Shown in pieces: positions 14,101 through 28,049 of a stretch of DNA of 64,000 bases. The notes below the pieces were generated by a model that worked only from the letters and a program-made list of their open reading frames with translations, was not told the origin of the DNA and ran no database searches. Each line of letters begins with the position of its first letter. Position 1 is the stretch's first letter. Where the stretch lies: the NCBI GenBank assembly GCA_046563655.1, contig CM102290.1, positions 8,308,001 to 8,372,000 of the forward strand. Direction: 5' to 3'. This DNA is from Yuukianura sp. NJ FZ-2021. Taxonomy: Eukaryota. The position numbers were made by a program, and so were the translations under genes.

Positions 14101-17100
14101 CATTTTCGTTTCTGCTGCTATATAACTTTGTTACACTGAAGATGTGTAGGATTTTCTGATCCTCCATTTGCCATTAACTCCTCAGAAGCGAGTGTCAGTG
14201 GCATGGAGCATATAATTTTATTAGTAAAAGGTGAAAGTGTCATTTTTTGTCACGATCATTTCCCCTGGAAAAATTTGATGTAATTATGAGATCCAGATCC
14301 AGAACACTGCTTTTCCCATGTTCAGCATCCGTAAGTCAAAGAGTCAAATATAGTGACTCCTATTACTCTGACGCTCATTAGAATTTATATAATATTGTCC
14401 TCTTTACACAAGGCGAATTAACTTTTCAAAGCCTGGGAGCAGGAAAGTGTGTAAAACGGTTTCTGTTAAGTTTCAAGTTAAAAAGTTTTATTAACATTTT
14501 ATTTTGGGACACTTGGAAAGCAGATTGTTAGTGCAAAGGGCTTTTCTAGAAGGGAGCCCGTTCCCTTTGACATGTCTAATTAAAAAGTCGGGCGTTGGTT
14601 GCTCTGGGCTTGAAGAGGCTCAGGGGAGCTAGGACTTCATAAGTGAATTAAATGGGGCAAGTTAGGGAAAGTTGAAGGCTTAGAGGTTATTAGACGAGCC
14701 TAACAGGCTCTTAATAGAAGGCACTTTTCCTACGAAGGACGCCAATCTGAACTCAATTACAACATGTTTTCGACTTGCAACTTTCTCCTCTTGCTTTCTC
14801 TCTTGTAAAAAAAAGAACTAATAAAGACAAAGAAAAAGTTTGGGAGAGAAACTAATTTGAATTTCCAGAGTCAATAGCAAGGGAGGGATAATAAGTCCCA
14901 GAAGCTAAATTGCATGTGCTAGGCCTACCATAATGACCATTCAACGACTACACAGAGTAGCGGGGAACAAGTAAATAAACTTTTCACATTGCCAAACTGC
15001 CTTCCGAGCCATTTTCTTACAACTTAAGCGTTTTTGCTGCCACTGATGTACAGGGTGTTCCAAAAAGGCTGGAGAAACCTGTGGAGGTTGTAATATATTT
15101 GCAATGAGTCTTGGATTCCTGTTTTGGCCTTCCTGTGAACATTTTGTGTGAACCATCGGGTACTTTTTGGACTGTGAACTGAGTAAATGTAGAGAAAGCA
15201 AAGTGAATGTTGGTTGAAAAGAGGGTTGGACGTCTTTTGGGAAAGATTGGTAGGAGGAAAGGAGGCTTCATTACACAGTCATGTTCACTTCCAACTTGTT
15301 TCCAGAAGGTTCAAACAATAGTAGAAGCCATACTGAGGCAGCGGTAGAGTCACTGGAACTGTTAACAACTAATTTCCCTCTATTATTGCCACTTTGCAAC
15401 CTCAATCCAGGTCACACAAGTTATAACCAACCTTCTTTTCATGAAGCACGTGTCAGTGGCTTTTGACTACATTAAACCACTGCTCCAAGCTTTCTCTATA
15501 GCGCAGTACAAAAAACTCTGAGATTTGATTCTGAGATTTTAATTTGGAACGACGCAGGTTTTTGATTACTTACTTTCTCCTACTTTCACAACTTTGGAAC
15601 GCATTGGTTAGAAGTAGGTTTCATGGAATTTTTGTGCCGAGGTATCTGAAGGAATTTGTATTATTCCTCAAGCTCAATGGAGAGCTTAATTCAATCCGAT
15701 TTTACGATTCGTCGAATCCTACCCACCTTTCCACGGCTCTGCTACTTCTCTCCTTAATTTCACTTCCAACCGTTTTCCCCCTACTCCTGTCAAATTCTTA
15801 TTTTCACCCATTTTGACTTTTACTACCTGCTTGACTCAGAAACTGAAATGCAATATCTTTTCCAGTCTTCCACAAAAAGTTAGTTGTGATTTTTTTTTTG
15901 TAAAACTCATCGATTCGTAGACCACTTTCTGTAGTTGAAGGATTTGCGAAGAGCAACTGTGTCGTTTTGTGGAAGAGGGATGAAGATAGATGGCTTGTAT
16001 TTATAGACAGGTCCAAGTACTCTACTTTTTCATCATGGAAAAAAGTAATGCTACTATTTGTACATTAGTGACAAAGGAATACTGGTATTTCAAGGGTACA
16101 AATTGGACAAAAATCTGTTCTTAACTCAACGAAAACAAAGATAGATTATAATGGAATTTTCTGAGTTACTTTCTTCACATTGTATCCCTCCTGTAGTTTC
16201 GCAAACTTCACAAATCAATTGCCAATTTGTATATTTTCTTGCTCAGAATAAACGTTGTGCGTTTGATTTATCTCAAAGAAGTCCTTGTAGAGAGATTTTG
16301 CAATGCCAAAATTAGCAACAGCGTAAATCTTTTGAACAATGAAAAAGTATTCTTCGTTTTAGGCGGAATTAAAATACAACTACATGTTTCAAAATATCGC
16401 TAGTTACAATTTAAAGTGATTTTCGGAGTTAGTGCGTTCATATTAATTGGAGCCATGCGGTGGTCCAATTTGAAATCCCCCACGCAAAGAAGTCCATTTT
16501 GGCAGACAGTTTTGGAGGAAAGTTTGGTGTTGTTCCACATGCCCAAGCCTCGACTTTATTTGCAATTTCTTGCTCTAAATACTTGCTAAAGTGCTCTCTT
16601 TGTACAAGAAGAAGACAAGAAACAAAGTATGGAAAATATTAAGGAGACGTGCATTGAGAAAATAAATAAAAGTACAGATCTGCTTCACTACTTTACGGAA
16701 GCATCCTCTAATCTCCGTCCAATGACGCAAAAGCCCCTGTAGTATAAATTACGACTGGAGCAACTGAAAAACTGAAAAGGACGCAAGACATTTACGAAAA
16801 GTCCCGTTGGTAAGAACACCGAAAACTAAAGTGGGCATGGATCCATGTGTTACAAAATCCAACCGATGGGAAATTATTTACAAAATGTGTCAAAAATATT
16901 ATCACCCTCCGCTGTAGAACTAACATCAACTCAATAAGCCAAGATCGTTAGGTTCCAAATTCAGCTTCCTTTGTAATTCTAGCTTCGATTATCTTTTGGA
17001 AATTCGGCATCAATAACTCTTAATGGCTTTTGACTCAGTAGACTTTCTAAAAAAACAGTTTTTTAAACAGGCTTTTGCGCACTTTTGCACTTTTGTTGAT

Positions 17101-18545
17101 TTGTGTTCATTCCGTTCATGGTCTTAAAAGATTTAAAGAAAATTAAGTCGCTGAATTATGTAACTTGGAAGTTTTCGAGACAGGTGGGATTATGACCGAT
17201 TTGAAATTTTTAGTATGACAGCTTCCGCCTACATTCCTGTTAACTGAAAACGAATTCGTAACGAAAGACGTCTTAATTTTTTCTTGTCCAAATCCAAATG
17301 CTTCTCTGCAAATATTTTTGGCACCAGACACGTTCATCCCCTTTGGATTTTGTGTAACCAAAGGAGAATCTTCCACAAGATTAGTTGAAAGCTTCTTCTC
17401 GTGCTTCATCCCCCATTACCTCAAGCATATCCGAGACTTACAACACTTTATGCTAAAAGTCTGGATTTGGCGGAAGTGAGTTGACGCAGGAGAGGTCTTT
17501 AGTTCCATTGAGAAGACATAAGGAGTGATTGTGCAAAATGAAAATGCAGAAGAATAGGTTATCCAAAGGGGGAGAGGTTTTTCTTATTCTGCGAAATCTT
17601 AAACGTCTGTGTGAGGAAGCAGTGGAGCGTGGATTTTGCAACTCAAGATTGCCAACCTCACGGTCGTTGGAAATGGAGATGGAAACAATTAAGTTCATTC
17701 CCCCCATCTTACTCCCAACAATTGTGGTAATGACAATGGCAATGACTCTCCTCGGAGGCCATTGACCGCCAAATTCAAAACATCATTCTGAGATAGTCTC
17801 TATGCCCATTGAAAGGAATGAACTCGTCTGAAGACTACACACTTAAAGGAACATTCATGGCCGTAGGCTAAGGACTGTCTTGATTACCTTCCCACTTCCC
17901 TAACGTTATACAGCCTTGTTTATTACGAAAGGTGGATACACAACGCTCCCGTCTTTGTACAATCCACACTTACTTAGAAATTGACTCAAATCCAAAGGAT
18001 CTTCTTCATCAAGTGCTTCTCGCCTCCAGAAATTTGTAGGCCTGTAAACATGGAGTCCATGGATTCATAGTGGAAGAAGATGGAAGAGAAGGGCCAACCT
18101 TGCGTGTTATTTTTTGGAACAGGCAAATGGGCTAACAAGACAAAACGCTCGATGTTCTTTTCTTTTTTCATGGAATTCCTTCAGAGCTAATTTCATGGCA
18201 CGCTACTTCTTTACTATAAAGAGTCTTCACAAAAAAAAATACTTAAAAAGGCGATAAAAACCAAAATTTTTCAAAAAGCTGTAAAATATTAGTGTTGCAA
18301 TTCTCAGTACATGTGTTCAAGTAGTACTGTTTTTCTAAAAAAGAAGTGAAAAGGGACCATCTTAGAGGCTACTAAGAATGAGATAAATCTGGTGAAATTT
18401 AAAGAAAGTTTGTTATGCTTTACTTAGCAACGACAAGAAAAAAAATCTCGTTAAAAAATCACAACTGAATGTGAGCACATGAAACACATGTATGCAGTCC
18501 CTAAATTCTTTTTTGCATATGCTTACTTGAACTACTAAATGTGTA

Positions 18546-18628
18546 GAAACCTCTTTTGGAACTTATAAAGGAAATTTTGAATTTGTAGGAAACCTTTTTG
18601 GAAGTTATGGAGGAAACTTTGAATTTGT
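18546..18628. repeat. Two-copy ~42-bp tandem duplication
   Basis: GAAACCTCTTTTGGAACTTATAAAGGAAATTTTGAATTTGT followed by GAAACCTTTTTGGAAGTTATGGAGGAAACTTTGAATTTGT. Confidence 0.7.
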
Positions 18629-20528
18629 GAACCTATAATGAAGTTTGACGATTTGAAGATTGGGGGAAAAATGTTTGGGAGAAAGCACAGGGAAAGTTTA
18701 GATTCTAGTTGAGAAATAGAGAATTAATAGCTTTCACTTCCTCTGGACCAATCTTGCCTCTGCTTTCTCTGGATGGAGTGACAGGAAGAAATTCATTTGC
18801 TTGAGTGCTTCCCAACAGGAAAATACTTAAATGTACTTCAAATGTTACAGCACACTTCCTACTTAGGAATTCAAAATCCAATCAGTCAACACAAGAGAAG
18901 ACTCGAAACCTTACGAATGACGGAGGCCTTTCCTTCATTTTGGTTCCTCAACGCAGCAGTGATTTAGCAACCTGAAGTAAAAATTTAAAAGGAAATTTGG
19001 AGAAAGCAAAAATTTTTTGAAAAATTCAATTGAGGAAACGCATCCTTATGAAAGACCGTCGTACGGGAAAAGGGAATTCCTGGATGCTAATTTAATAGAA
19101 ACGAGATGAGACGTTATTTTGAAGTGGAGAGACGACTTCCGCGAGGCACAAGGCGGACGCAAAGTCGTGGAATGAAATGGAAGGAGAAAAGAACTTTTCT
19201 TTGAAATCAAATGATGGAAAATCTTTTTGAAGTTGAGTAGAAAATTGTAAGAATATGGACAAGTATAAAGAGCCTCTCTACGGTGGCTTATAAGAACCAA
19301 AATGTGGAAAATTAAAAGTTGGAATAAGTAAGAACATTTTCTTGACATTTTTTGGCGTCTCCTGTCGAATAAGTTTTACTTGAAGGAGGAAATATGGAAA
19401 TTTAGATGAGATTAGATTGATCCTAAGGTGAATCGTCTTGAGAGATGAGCCTGTCTTTCCAAGAACCCTAACTTTCTTTTTCAGATTCCATTACAATTTC
19501 CCTTAGGTGATGTGATGTGATCTGATCTGATGAGTTGAAGTATACCCTGTAGTCCACAAATTCTTGCTACGTTGAGGTTACAATACATACTACGACTTAC
19601 TATTTCTTTGAAACGCTTTTCACCTAAAGTCCTATTGAAAAATTGTGCAATCTGTACCAACTTTTTATGGGCCACGCTGTATATTTTGTAGGAACTTGAT
19701 TTAACTTTCGCAAGGAAATGAAGTTGTTTTTTCACGGATAAAGTTTCAGTGACAATATGGTGTACTTTCTACACGTTGTGTTGCCTAGGTTTATTCGTAC
19801 TTTTGGACCATATGGTACAACTTGAAGAAGCTGTTTTACTACATGCCGTCATATACTTGTCCGGAACTGGAGACACCAACATACGGCATAACGCCTAACC
19901 CAAGTCGACATTTCATTATGTCCTTTCATTCTTCGACTTACCGTTTTACTTTTTCCCCTAACGTCTCTATGTATAGCTCCAGGAAAACGTTAAGGGTGAC
20001 TGTCAGTTTGGTGAAAATTCATGGAGAGAAAGTTGAGCTTCTGGAGGGTGACACACACTGTGAAAGTAGATGAAATACTTATAAGTTAGGCCATAGACAA
20101 AGACGCCCCTTGCTTTCAATTCCAGACCTCGGAGCATTTATTGTTCCAAGATCCAGAGTAATATTATTAATATTTAGATGGAAAATTCCTAGCGGGGGCA
20201 CCCGCGTACCTTCCACTCCAAAAAATTTCTCAACTACTGGCAACAACGCACAAAATTTCAAAACTCGTTATGGAAAGGCTTATGTTCAAATAAATACTTC
20301 ACGTTCTTCAGTGAGTCTCAACAAAAGTTTTTGGAGAAAGTCTTCAATAATAGGTTTTCTCTCATTCCGCAAGTAAAAGTTTTGGTTTGCTAAGTGATTT
20401 CTGTTGTCAATTGGCTTCGATTCTTATGCCTAGGGCATAAACAACACGCCCAAAGTCTCTATCATTTACTTTGTAAACTTTTAATTTTAAAATATAACAC
20501 GATTTCATTATTTTTTGGTTTGCTCTAG

Positions 20529-23500
20529 GAACTGAGAGAAGTACTTGGGAAATGGGACGTCCATTCCATGAGCATCCAAGCAGGATCTGCACGAGTGGCA
20601 CTGACATCGCCAGAGGTAATTCCAAATATAACATTCTTCTCCAGCTATTTTCCAATGTAGCAATGCTCTTTTGTCCAGAAAGTGCAGATCTGGTACAAAT
20701 ATAAGTACAGATAATTGAATATTTTAGTGAAATTTGATGAGTATTTAGACATTTAGCTAATCTAAATGAAGCTCCCTGCATAATTCTGTGTATTGAAACA
20801 GGTTCTCGAGGATTGGGACCGGAATGTGGTGTTTACTATCCGGGGTCAACGGGTCACAATTGTTCCCTCACCTACAGAGATGCTGCTCTGCGTGGGTCGT
20901 CTCCCCCTGTATACGGAGCAACAGTTCACTGCCCTTGTCTCTGCCTACGGTGAAGTCAAGCGTTCTTTCCTCATGATTAGTGAACGAACAGGTTTGTTAA
21001 TTAAAACTCCCTCTAATTATTAAAGCTCTCTTGTCGCTGCTAAATCTGACACCGGGAATGCCGCCAAATGAATGAGCAAACCTTCTCAACAGAAGTGAAG
21101 CGATTTTTCACTATATGCTATGTGTGATTCACACATGCCGCGCTAAATTACGTCTTTTTGTGCATAACGTTTACAAGCAAAATGCAACTAAAGTGATATC
21201 TTAAAAATCTTAAAACAACAAAAAAAAAGTCAACAATTTTCACCAACTTTCGATACAAAATATTTTGTTGCTAGACAATTTATAGCAATTTAAGTGTGAA
21301 AAGAAAAGTCGTAATCATTTTGAGTAAAAACAAATTATTTTTACTCAAGTAGAGAACATGCGTCAAAATTTTTACTCTAATTAAAACATTTTTAAACTGA
21401 AAACATTTGTTTCGCATAAACTCATATTTCACACAAATTCAAGATTGAGGCAGGTCCCTTATCTTGAGATTTTTTTTTCCAAAAATGTTATAAGTGTTTC
21501 CCACGATCAATTGATTTATACTTGTCCGTATGTATGGTGTGATGGACATAAGTTTTTGGAGTAGTAGCCTGGTTACAGTGATGGGAATCCTATCAGGAAT
21601 AAAATTTGTGGTATAATTTCAGGTGAAAGTAAAGGGTATGGTTTCGTGGAGTACGTAACCAAGGAGGCAGCACTCCAGGCCAAAAATGCACTGGACGGAA
21701 GGCAAATCCAGGATAGTACTGCCGTCTGCGACTGGCTTGATTCTAGTCATATTACACTCCGATCACTCCACTCTAAGTGCCTCTACGTTGACCAACTACC
21801 AGCCAACTACCGCAACATGGGCGAATTCAGACGCATCTTCAGCACAGTCGTCAATCCACCGTATTGTCAGGTACTGACTCTCTCTTTTAGCATCTCAATC
21901 TCGCTCAAGTTTGTCAAAAGTTAACCTAAATTTGGCGGAAATATTCAAACCTTCTTGACGATCCAGACAAAAATGTACGGCCGACGCATTTTAAAGCTTA
22001 TCTGCGTTTTAGTCGGTCTTGTTAATTGTTCCGAAAACAAAAACCTTGGCATGAAGCCCCATTCCATTACCCTGCGCTGCCCCATTAAGACGCCGGCGTT
22101 TCAAGCCAAAAAGACGCTTCATCTGACGTTTCATTATTTTCCCAAGATCCTTCTCTATTTCCCTTTTGGATGGTGTTGATGAGGTTGGCCGAGCAATGGT
22201 TTAGACTTGCCCTGAATGTGGGTTAAGGTTTAAAGGCTTAGGAGAAAGGAGGAAAGTTAAACTGTGTGGTGTACGTGTTTGTTCATCTCCGAAACGTCAC
22301 GTAGCTGTTAGACACAACTTAAAGTCTGAGGCCGCCTTCTGCTCTAACTGCCGATGTACAAACTTGGAAAATGCCTATTTTTACTTTTGACTTTTTTTTT
22401 CTCCGCAGGAACATAAAAGTCGATCTAATAGTGCCCGGACCGTATCTCCGACTCCAGGCACTATCAAGGATTGACAGACACACGAATAAGCAAACGAATG
22501 GTGGCAGGAAAAACAATTTTAGACAAGGAACAATGGGAAGTGCCAAGGATTTCCTCTGTGCACTTTCCTCGCCATGTTCGTGTAGACACACACTATTAGA
22601 GAAAGCCTTTCCTCTCTCCTTCTCACTTCCTCCCTTAGTTCACTTCAATCACAGAATTGCCACGGGGCCACGTTCAGAGCCGTTTTGTACAATTTCAAAG
22701 TCCAAACTGAAAATTTCCTACATCTGACAATGGCCGAGCTCATCCAATCTTTCTCCGAGTGTCCACATGAATTGATTTCCGTTTTTTTTAAGTTTCGCGC
22801 CATGGAAAGCTTTTGCATAAAATGTAGGCTCTAGCTGTCTAAGCTCTGCTTTCAAAACACTCTGTACATGTGATGGAAAGGAATGAAGCGACTTTTAGTT
22901 CTAATAAATTGAATCATGGAGTTGAGCTGGGTGATGATGCGAACATGGAAGCGGCTTTCTCTGCGCTTTGAACTCCATCTCCATTCATCCCCGGGGCCAA
23001 ATCTAAATGTCAAATTCTTTACCAGTAGCTAAAAAATAAATATGGCCAAACGTATAATATTTTGTTCATTTGCGTAGATTGCCCTCAAGAATGGATGTCC
23101 ACAGGACTGGGGCCTCGTAGAATTTTTGGGAGAGGATGAAGCGGAAAAGACGCAGCAGAGTCTCAACGGTTACATTCTGCATGGTCGACGCATTAGAATT
23201 GCCTACTACATCCCGGGCGTTCGAGCAATTAACCTCTACCTCAAGTTACTCAACGACGGGGTAAGTTTCGCTAGCCTACGTGTCCTCTCTAAAAAATAAT
23301 TAAGCTATAGTTTTAGATGTTCTTGGATTTATCATTTAGGCGTTCAAGTAACCTTCAGTTTAAAAAATAACAATGAATTCAATTTTACATTTTTTATTTA
23401 AAAAGTTTCGAAGTGCAAACTGCAGCGATGACCTATTTCATTTTTTTTGAATTATCCGGCTATAGAACATGTAGCCTTTTTTTTGGCTAAAAGCGACTTA

Positions 23501-26500
23501 AGGAGGAACTGGAGGAGATAATTTGGGTTGACGTTTTTACTTGGCTTGTGCGGCCGAAGAAAGTCGTGAGGTGAAAGTCGTTGGAGTAGAGAGACATAGG
23601 GCCTAGGTTGTAAGCTTAAGGTGCATAATTCGATTAGGTCTTTATTGCCTTTCATATTTGCACTCAAGGTAATAATCTCGTTAAACCCTCTTTTCCTTTT
23701 TGCGTCTCCAGGGAAACAGTAAGGGCAGAAGTGCTCTCCTTCCGGACCCACCGGCACCCGCTGTATTTCAACAACTTCAGAATCTTGCCAAGCAGAATCC
23801 AGTCTGTAAGTGTTAACATCCATATGTTTCTGACTATAGTTCTCCCCGGTTCCATTTTTACTCACATTTTTAAAATCTTCAATTCGCACTTTAATCAAAT
23901 ACGATTTTCCCATGTTGAACAATTCATTTGTTGACTAGCACTCTCTTTTCAACTGTTTGTAATTCTCACAGTTGATTTTATTAAAAAAATTAAGTGAGAT
24001 TAGGTTTTTTTTTGGTAAATCTGCAATGACGTAATTTAGATTTTGAAAAAAATATACTTTGCAATTTTTGTAAATTTCGGCTTACAAGACCAGAAACACG
24101 AAAGTAATTCTTGTACCATAGTTTTGAATTGGCTTATAAAGAGGAGCCAGATCCCATTCCGTTCTGATGCACATTTGGGGTTTATTGGCCACTATGTTTT
24201 GGAAAGCTACTTTCACGAGAAAGTAATTCCGAGCCGCATACAAATTCTTTCTGTAGAAAGAATGAGACAATTGAGAGTGCAGGGGAAGCGAAGAAAGTTG
24301 GGTTCTTTTTGGAGCCTTTTGACTCCTAAGCCAGGGGAAGAAAGGAGCTTGTTTGGGAAGGCTCATCAAGTTGTGTCCGATGCCTTTACCAATTTCCCAA
24401 GTCCATGTCCAATGTACGTGGGCATATCATAAAATGCTTTCACTGCATCTTTTGCCCTGCTGGATCTTCCAACTTCAACACTAACTTCATTCAATTCCTG
24501 TTTCAGTTTCCGCGCCTTTTTTTTTCTAAACCCAAAGTTTTATGCTTCCCATGTTTTCAAAACACTCAAGCCTGTATTCATCTTTTCAACCGAAGATGAA
24601 CTTGGATCAATGTTTTGGGTTAGTCTGTGAGGCAGCTATGACTTTCTCCAATTCAAAGTTTCTCAATTTTTTTTCAAACTTTTTTTTTACTATCTGTTGG
24701 CCATACTAAAACTATTTTTTAAATTATTTACGAAAGTTTGGAGGTATGAATTTTGAAATCTACTTCCCAATTGATTTTCTTTGTAATCAATTCGAACAAT
24801 TTGGGATTTTGGAGTAGATATAAAGTCTATTTTTCTCCACCGCGGGACAAGAAAAAGTTGGAAAGAAAAAGCATGTAGCTTTTAGGAGACTTTTGTATCT
24901 TTATTGTGGCTCTTCAGAAGGGGATTTGGAGAAGAACTTTCTTTTCGAAATATTTATTAAGAAAAATTTAGGTGACTTTTGGATTATTCGGATGCCGTGC
25001 GACACTAAAGAAAGAAAATCCAAATGAAACTTATTCTGTCACTTACTTGTCACCTTCAAACTTTCACTCTCCTTTGATCTCTTGATCCTCTAAGCGTCTA
25101 ATGAGGAAACTTTGTCTTTATTAAATATAACTTCCAGCAAATCTACTAAAATGCCTTTAATGCTCTACCATTTTGAGCAACTAAATTAACTTTCCTCGAA
25201 TCCTTTCAAGTCCTCTCTACTTGAAGTCTTTTACTTTTTAACAATTACATAACTTCTACAAAATCGCAAATAGAATAGGAATAGGATAAACTATAGCTAA
25301 AAGTATCAGAGTGGACATAATCAACTCCTTAATTAAATTTCATTAAATTAATCTATTAGGTTAATTTCAGTAAGTTGTGCGGTGGGCTTTGATTCAAATG
25401 TTTTGATTGTTTTATTCTTTTTTGCAGTTGCGCAGAATCTCCAGAGTATCATTCTTCAACAAATTCAGGACGCACAGAAGGGGAAGAGATCCCAGGGAGA
25501 TCCACAGCAAGGCCTGCGAGGTCAATTTCAGAAAAGTCACTTTTCCAATAACTTCAACAACAATAACACGAATGCTCTCAAAAGTGCTCATCAGACGTTG
25601 GCTCTCCTGCTTGCGACACAACAGATGCAGCAGAACGGCGGACCAGAGAGTCCAACCAATGAGCGGTTGTCACCCAATTCAACTGCGCAAGTCCAGAGTC
25701 AGCAGCAACTTTTGTCAGCACTCCAAGCCGTTAGCAAGGGAGACCTCAACTTTCTCAACGGAATTCCAGGGCTTAATGGATCCAGTACCCTGTCGTCACT
25801 CCTAGGCTTGGCCAATCCCAATGGGTCTGACTTGACCTTGAATGGCTCTTTGACCTCTCGACCTGACACGAACAGCTCATCTAGTGGTCTGTCCAAGTCA
25901 ATGAGTTCTGGCAACATTCCGCATGGATTCATGCCGTCACCGATGCTCTTCCCGGGCGCCATGAACAACCTCCCCCTGAACAACGTTGGAAGTCAGAAGG
26001 CAGGGGATGATCAATGGTCAAACTTTGGGAACAAGAGTCGCATGAATGCTTTTGGCGGAGGAGGAAATGGATTCCATAAGGTTAGACTTGCCAACAAAAC
26101 CTACTTTTTCTAAATGTATGCAGTTGGAACGGCTGAATTTGAAAGAGACAGTGTCCAACAAGTTCTTTTTTGGCGGTGGCGACGTCTCCCCAACGGCCCA
26201 TTTGTTTCGAGTCTGCTTGTAATTAGGATGTTTTCGATGGCTTTGGGAGTTTCTAGCGTAGAGAAATATTTATGTTATTGGTGGCTGGCGGTGAACTCTT
26301 TTGCCATCACTCACAAGAACCAAATTAAAGCAGCATCCACCAGAACCAAAACTAATAGACGAGCCTCTACAATCTAAAGCTTACTGTTGAGCTCTAGATT
26401 GGCTCCTAAGATGAGCTCTTCAGCGTAGTGAAAATAATACAGAGGGTTTCTGTCGAAGATTCCTTTTGTAGCTCTTTAAAAGACTTTCTAGTACATGGAA

Positions 26501-28049
26501 AGTATTTTTGGGTTGTTTTTATTTTTGCGGTGCCAGAGAAAAACACATCCAGGTTTTTCTTGGAGCTGACAATAATGGCACCCATTAAAAAGAATGCTGC
26601 AGTGTAGAGGACTCGACAGGAGTTCTAGATTTATCATTTTATGATCTCGGATTGGGTAGAGGCAAAGCATAGAGATGAGGAAGCGCTAAACCAACAAACC
26701 CAAAACGTCTATATTTACGGGATCAGTTATATTTGAAATCTCTCAAATCCTGGCAATTTGGTGAAGCAACAGGCGAGGGTGCTTCAATCCTATTTCAAAT
26801 TCAGCTCAAACTTTTTGCAACATTTTGAAAAAGGCGATTTAGTAGAATTTACTGTTCTTTTCTTTTTCTAAAGAATCCACTCCTTCCGTGTCCGTCTTCA
26901 AATTCACCAATGCTGGACATTCCAATGGAAACAAATGCTCCGAAGACACCGCCAAATGACCCATTGCAAGCTGTTTGGTATTCGCTTTTTGGACATTCGT
27001 CACCACCGGACACGGGACCCTCAACTCCAGGAAATACATCCCCACTTTATATGAAGGGCTCACTCTCGAGCACTTCTTCCATTGGATCACCAATTGGCCT
27101 GTCAGGAGCCGACTCCATTTTTGGTCTCCCGGCACACCATCTTCATCCCAAATCATCACCGCCCGGATTTTCATCCGCGGTAAACGGACATCTCGGCGGA
27201 ACTCCCCGTGGGAACACGGCTGGAGAACTCCAGGAAGCCGTAAATTCCATTGTGAACAATCCGCACGGAATTTCACACCTTTTCGGCAGAACCAACGGCG
27301 GTGCAGCGTCTCCACCACCGTTCCTTCTACATCAAAATAACCTTCAGCAGCGATCAAATTCATTTGGAGACCTCCAGGGAAATGGAATGTCGAATGCCAT
27401 TCTGGATTTGTTGATGCAGTCCATGAAGAATGACCAATATCAAGTGGCACAGGAACCTTTTGCTAGGCATCACCAACAACAGCAAGCGACAAGCTGGAGT
27501 TCCGGTCTCAGCAGCCCTCCTTCCCCCATTGGGAACAATCGACACTACGGAGCAACCAATGGCCACTGTCCACCACAACGAAGTGGATCCAACGGAAGTA
27601 GTGAAATGAGCTCCTCATCGCCTAGGTCGCCAACCTACTCTCCATTTTCCCGCGGGGCAACTAAACCAAGTTTACTCGAGTCGGGAAACGGGAATGTTTC
27701 CCCAACGCCGACACCCTGGAACACTTCGGCGTTGGGAAGTCCACCCCATTCACATTCGGGGTTTGGGAACAGCACCACCAGTAGCTTCACCAACAGAATC
27801 TGGGCTGCTCCCTCCATTAGTCCGGGGAATGGAAACTTGAATCCACAGAACCACCATCTCGTCAATCCACTTGGTCAGAAGAGAAAAGTTCATCATGAGG
27901 CTATGATAGCTGGCGAAGGGGAATTTGTACCCCTAAGTCCCCCCACTCCAGTCTCAAACTCAAATTCAAATCATCTTCAGCCGTCAAACGGACTTTCTCT
28001 GTCTTCGCACTACGCTGACTCTTATTTCAAGAAGAAGAAAAAAAATTAA
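20529..28049 (+). CDS. RAVER1: Ribonucleoprotein PTB-binding (RAVER1/RAVER2-like) protein, 3 RRMs plus low-complexity C-terminus; core exons
   Basis: Phase-consistent GT-AG exons 20529-20615, 20802-20991, 21623-21870, 23078-23260, 23712-23805, 25428-26080, 26874-28049 (876 codons + stop). Translation shows Raver hallmarks: PTEMLLCVGRLP...SFLMISERTGESKGYGFVEY (RRM2), LHSKCLYVDQLP...NPPYCQIALKNG...WGLVEF (RRM3), ALLPDP motif, GQKRK and terminal HYADSYFKKKKKN (cf. vertebrate Raver1 YADSYLKRKR). The N-terminal part lies further upstream. Confidence 0.9.

Noticed and set aside
15049..15070. TACAGGGTGTTCC as a Tc1/mariner terminus
   Set aside because: No matching opposite TIR found nearby; at most an isolated fragment.
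8200..20400. Nested gene inside the large Raver intron (e.g. ORFs 13190-13426, 13763-13969, 17529-17765, 19822-20073)
   Set aside because: No recognisable protein motifs or consistent exon chain. It cannot be fully excluded without RNA data.
26839..27450. 203-aa antisense ORF (similarly 37860-38321, 23452-23922, 62047-62523)
   Set aside because: Shadow ORFs opposite or overlapping real exons and introns, with no homology cues.
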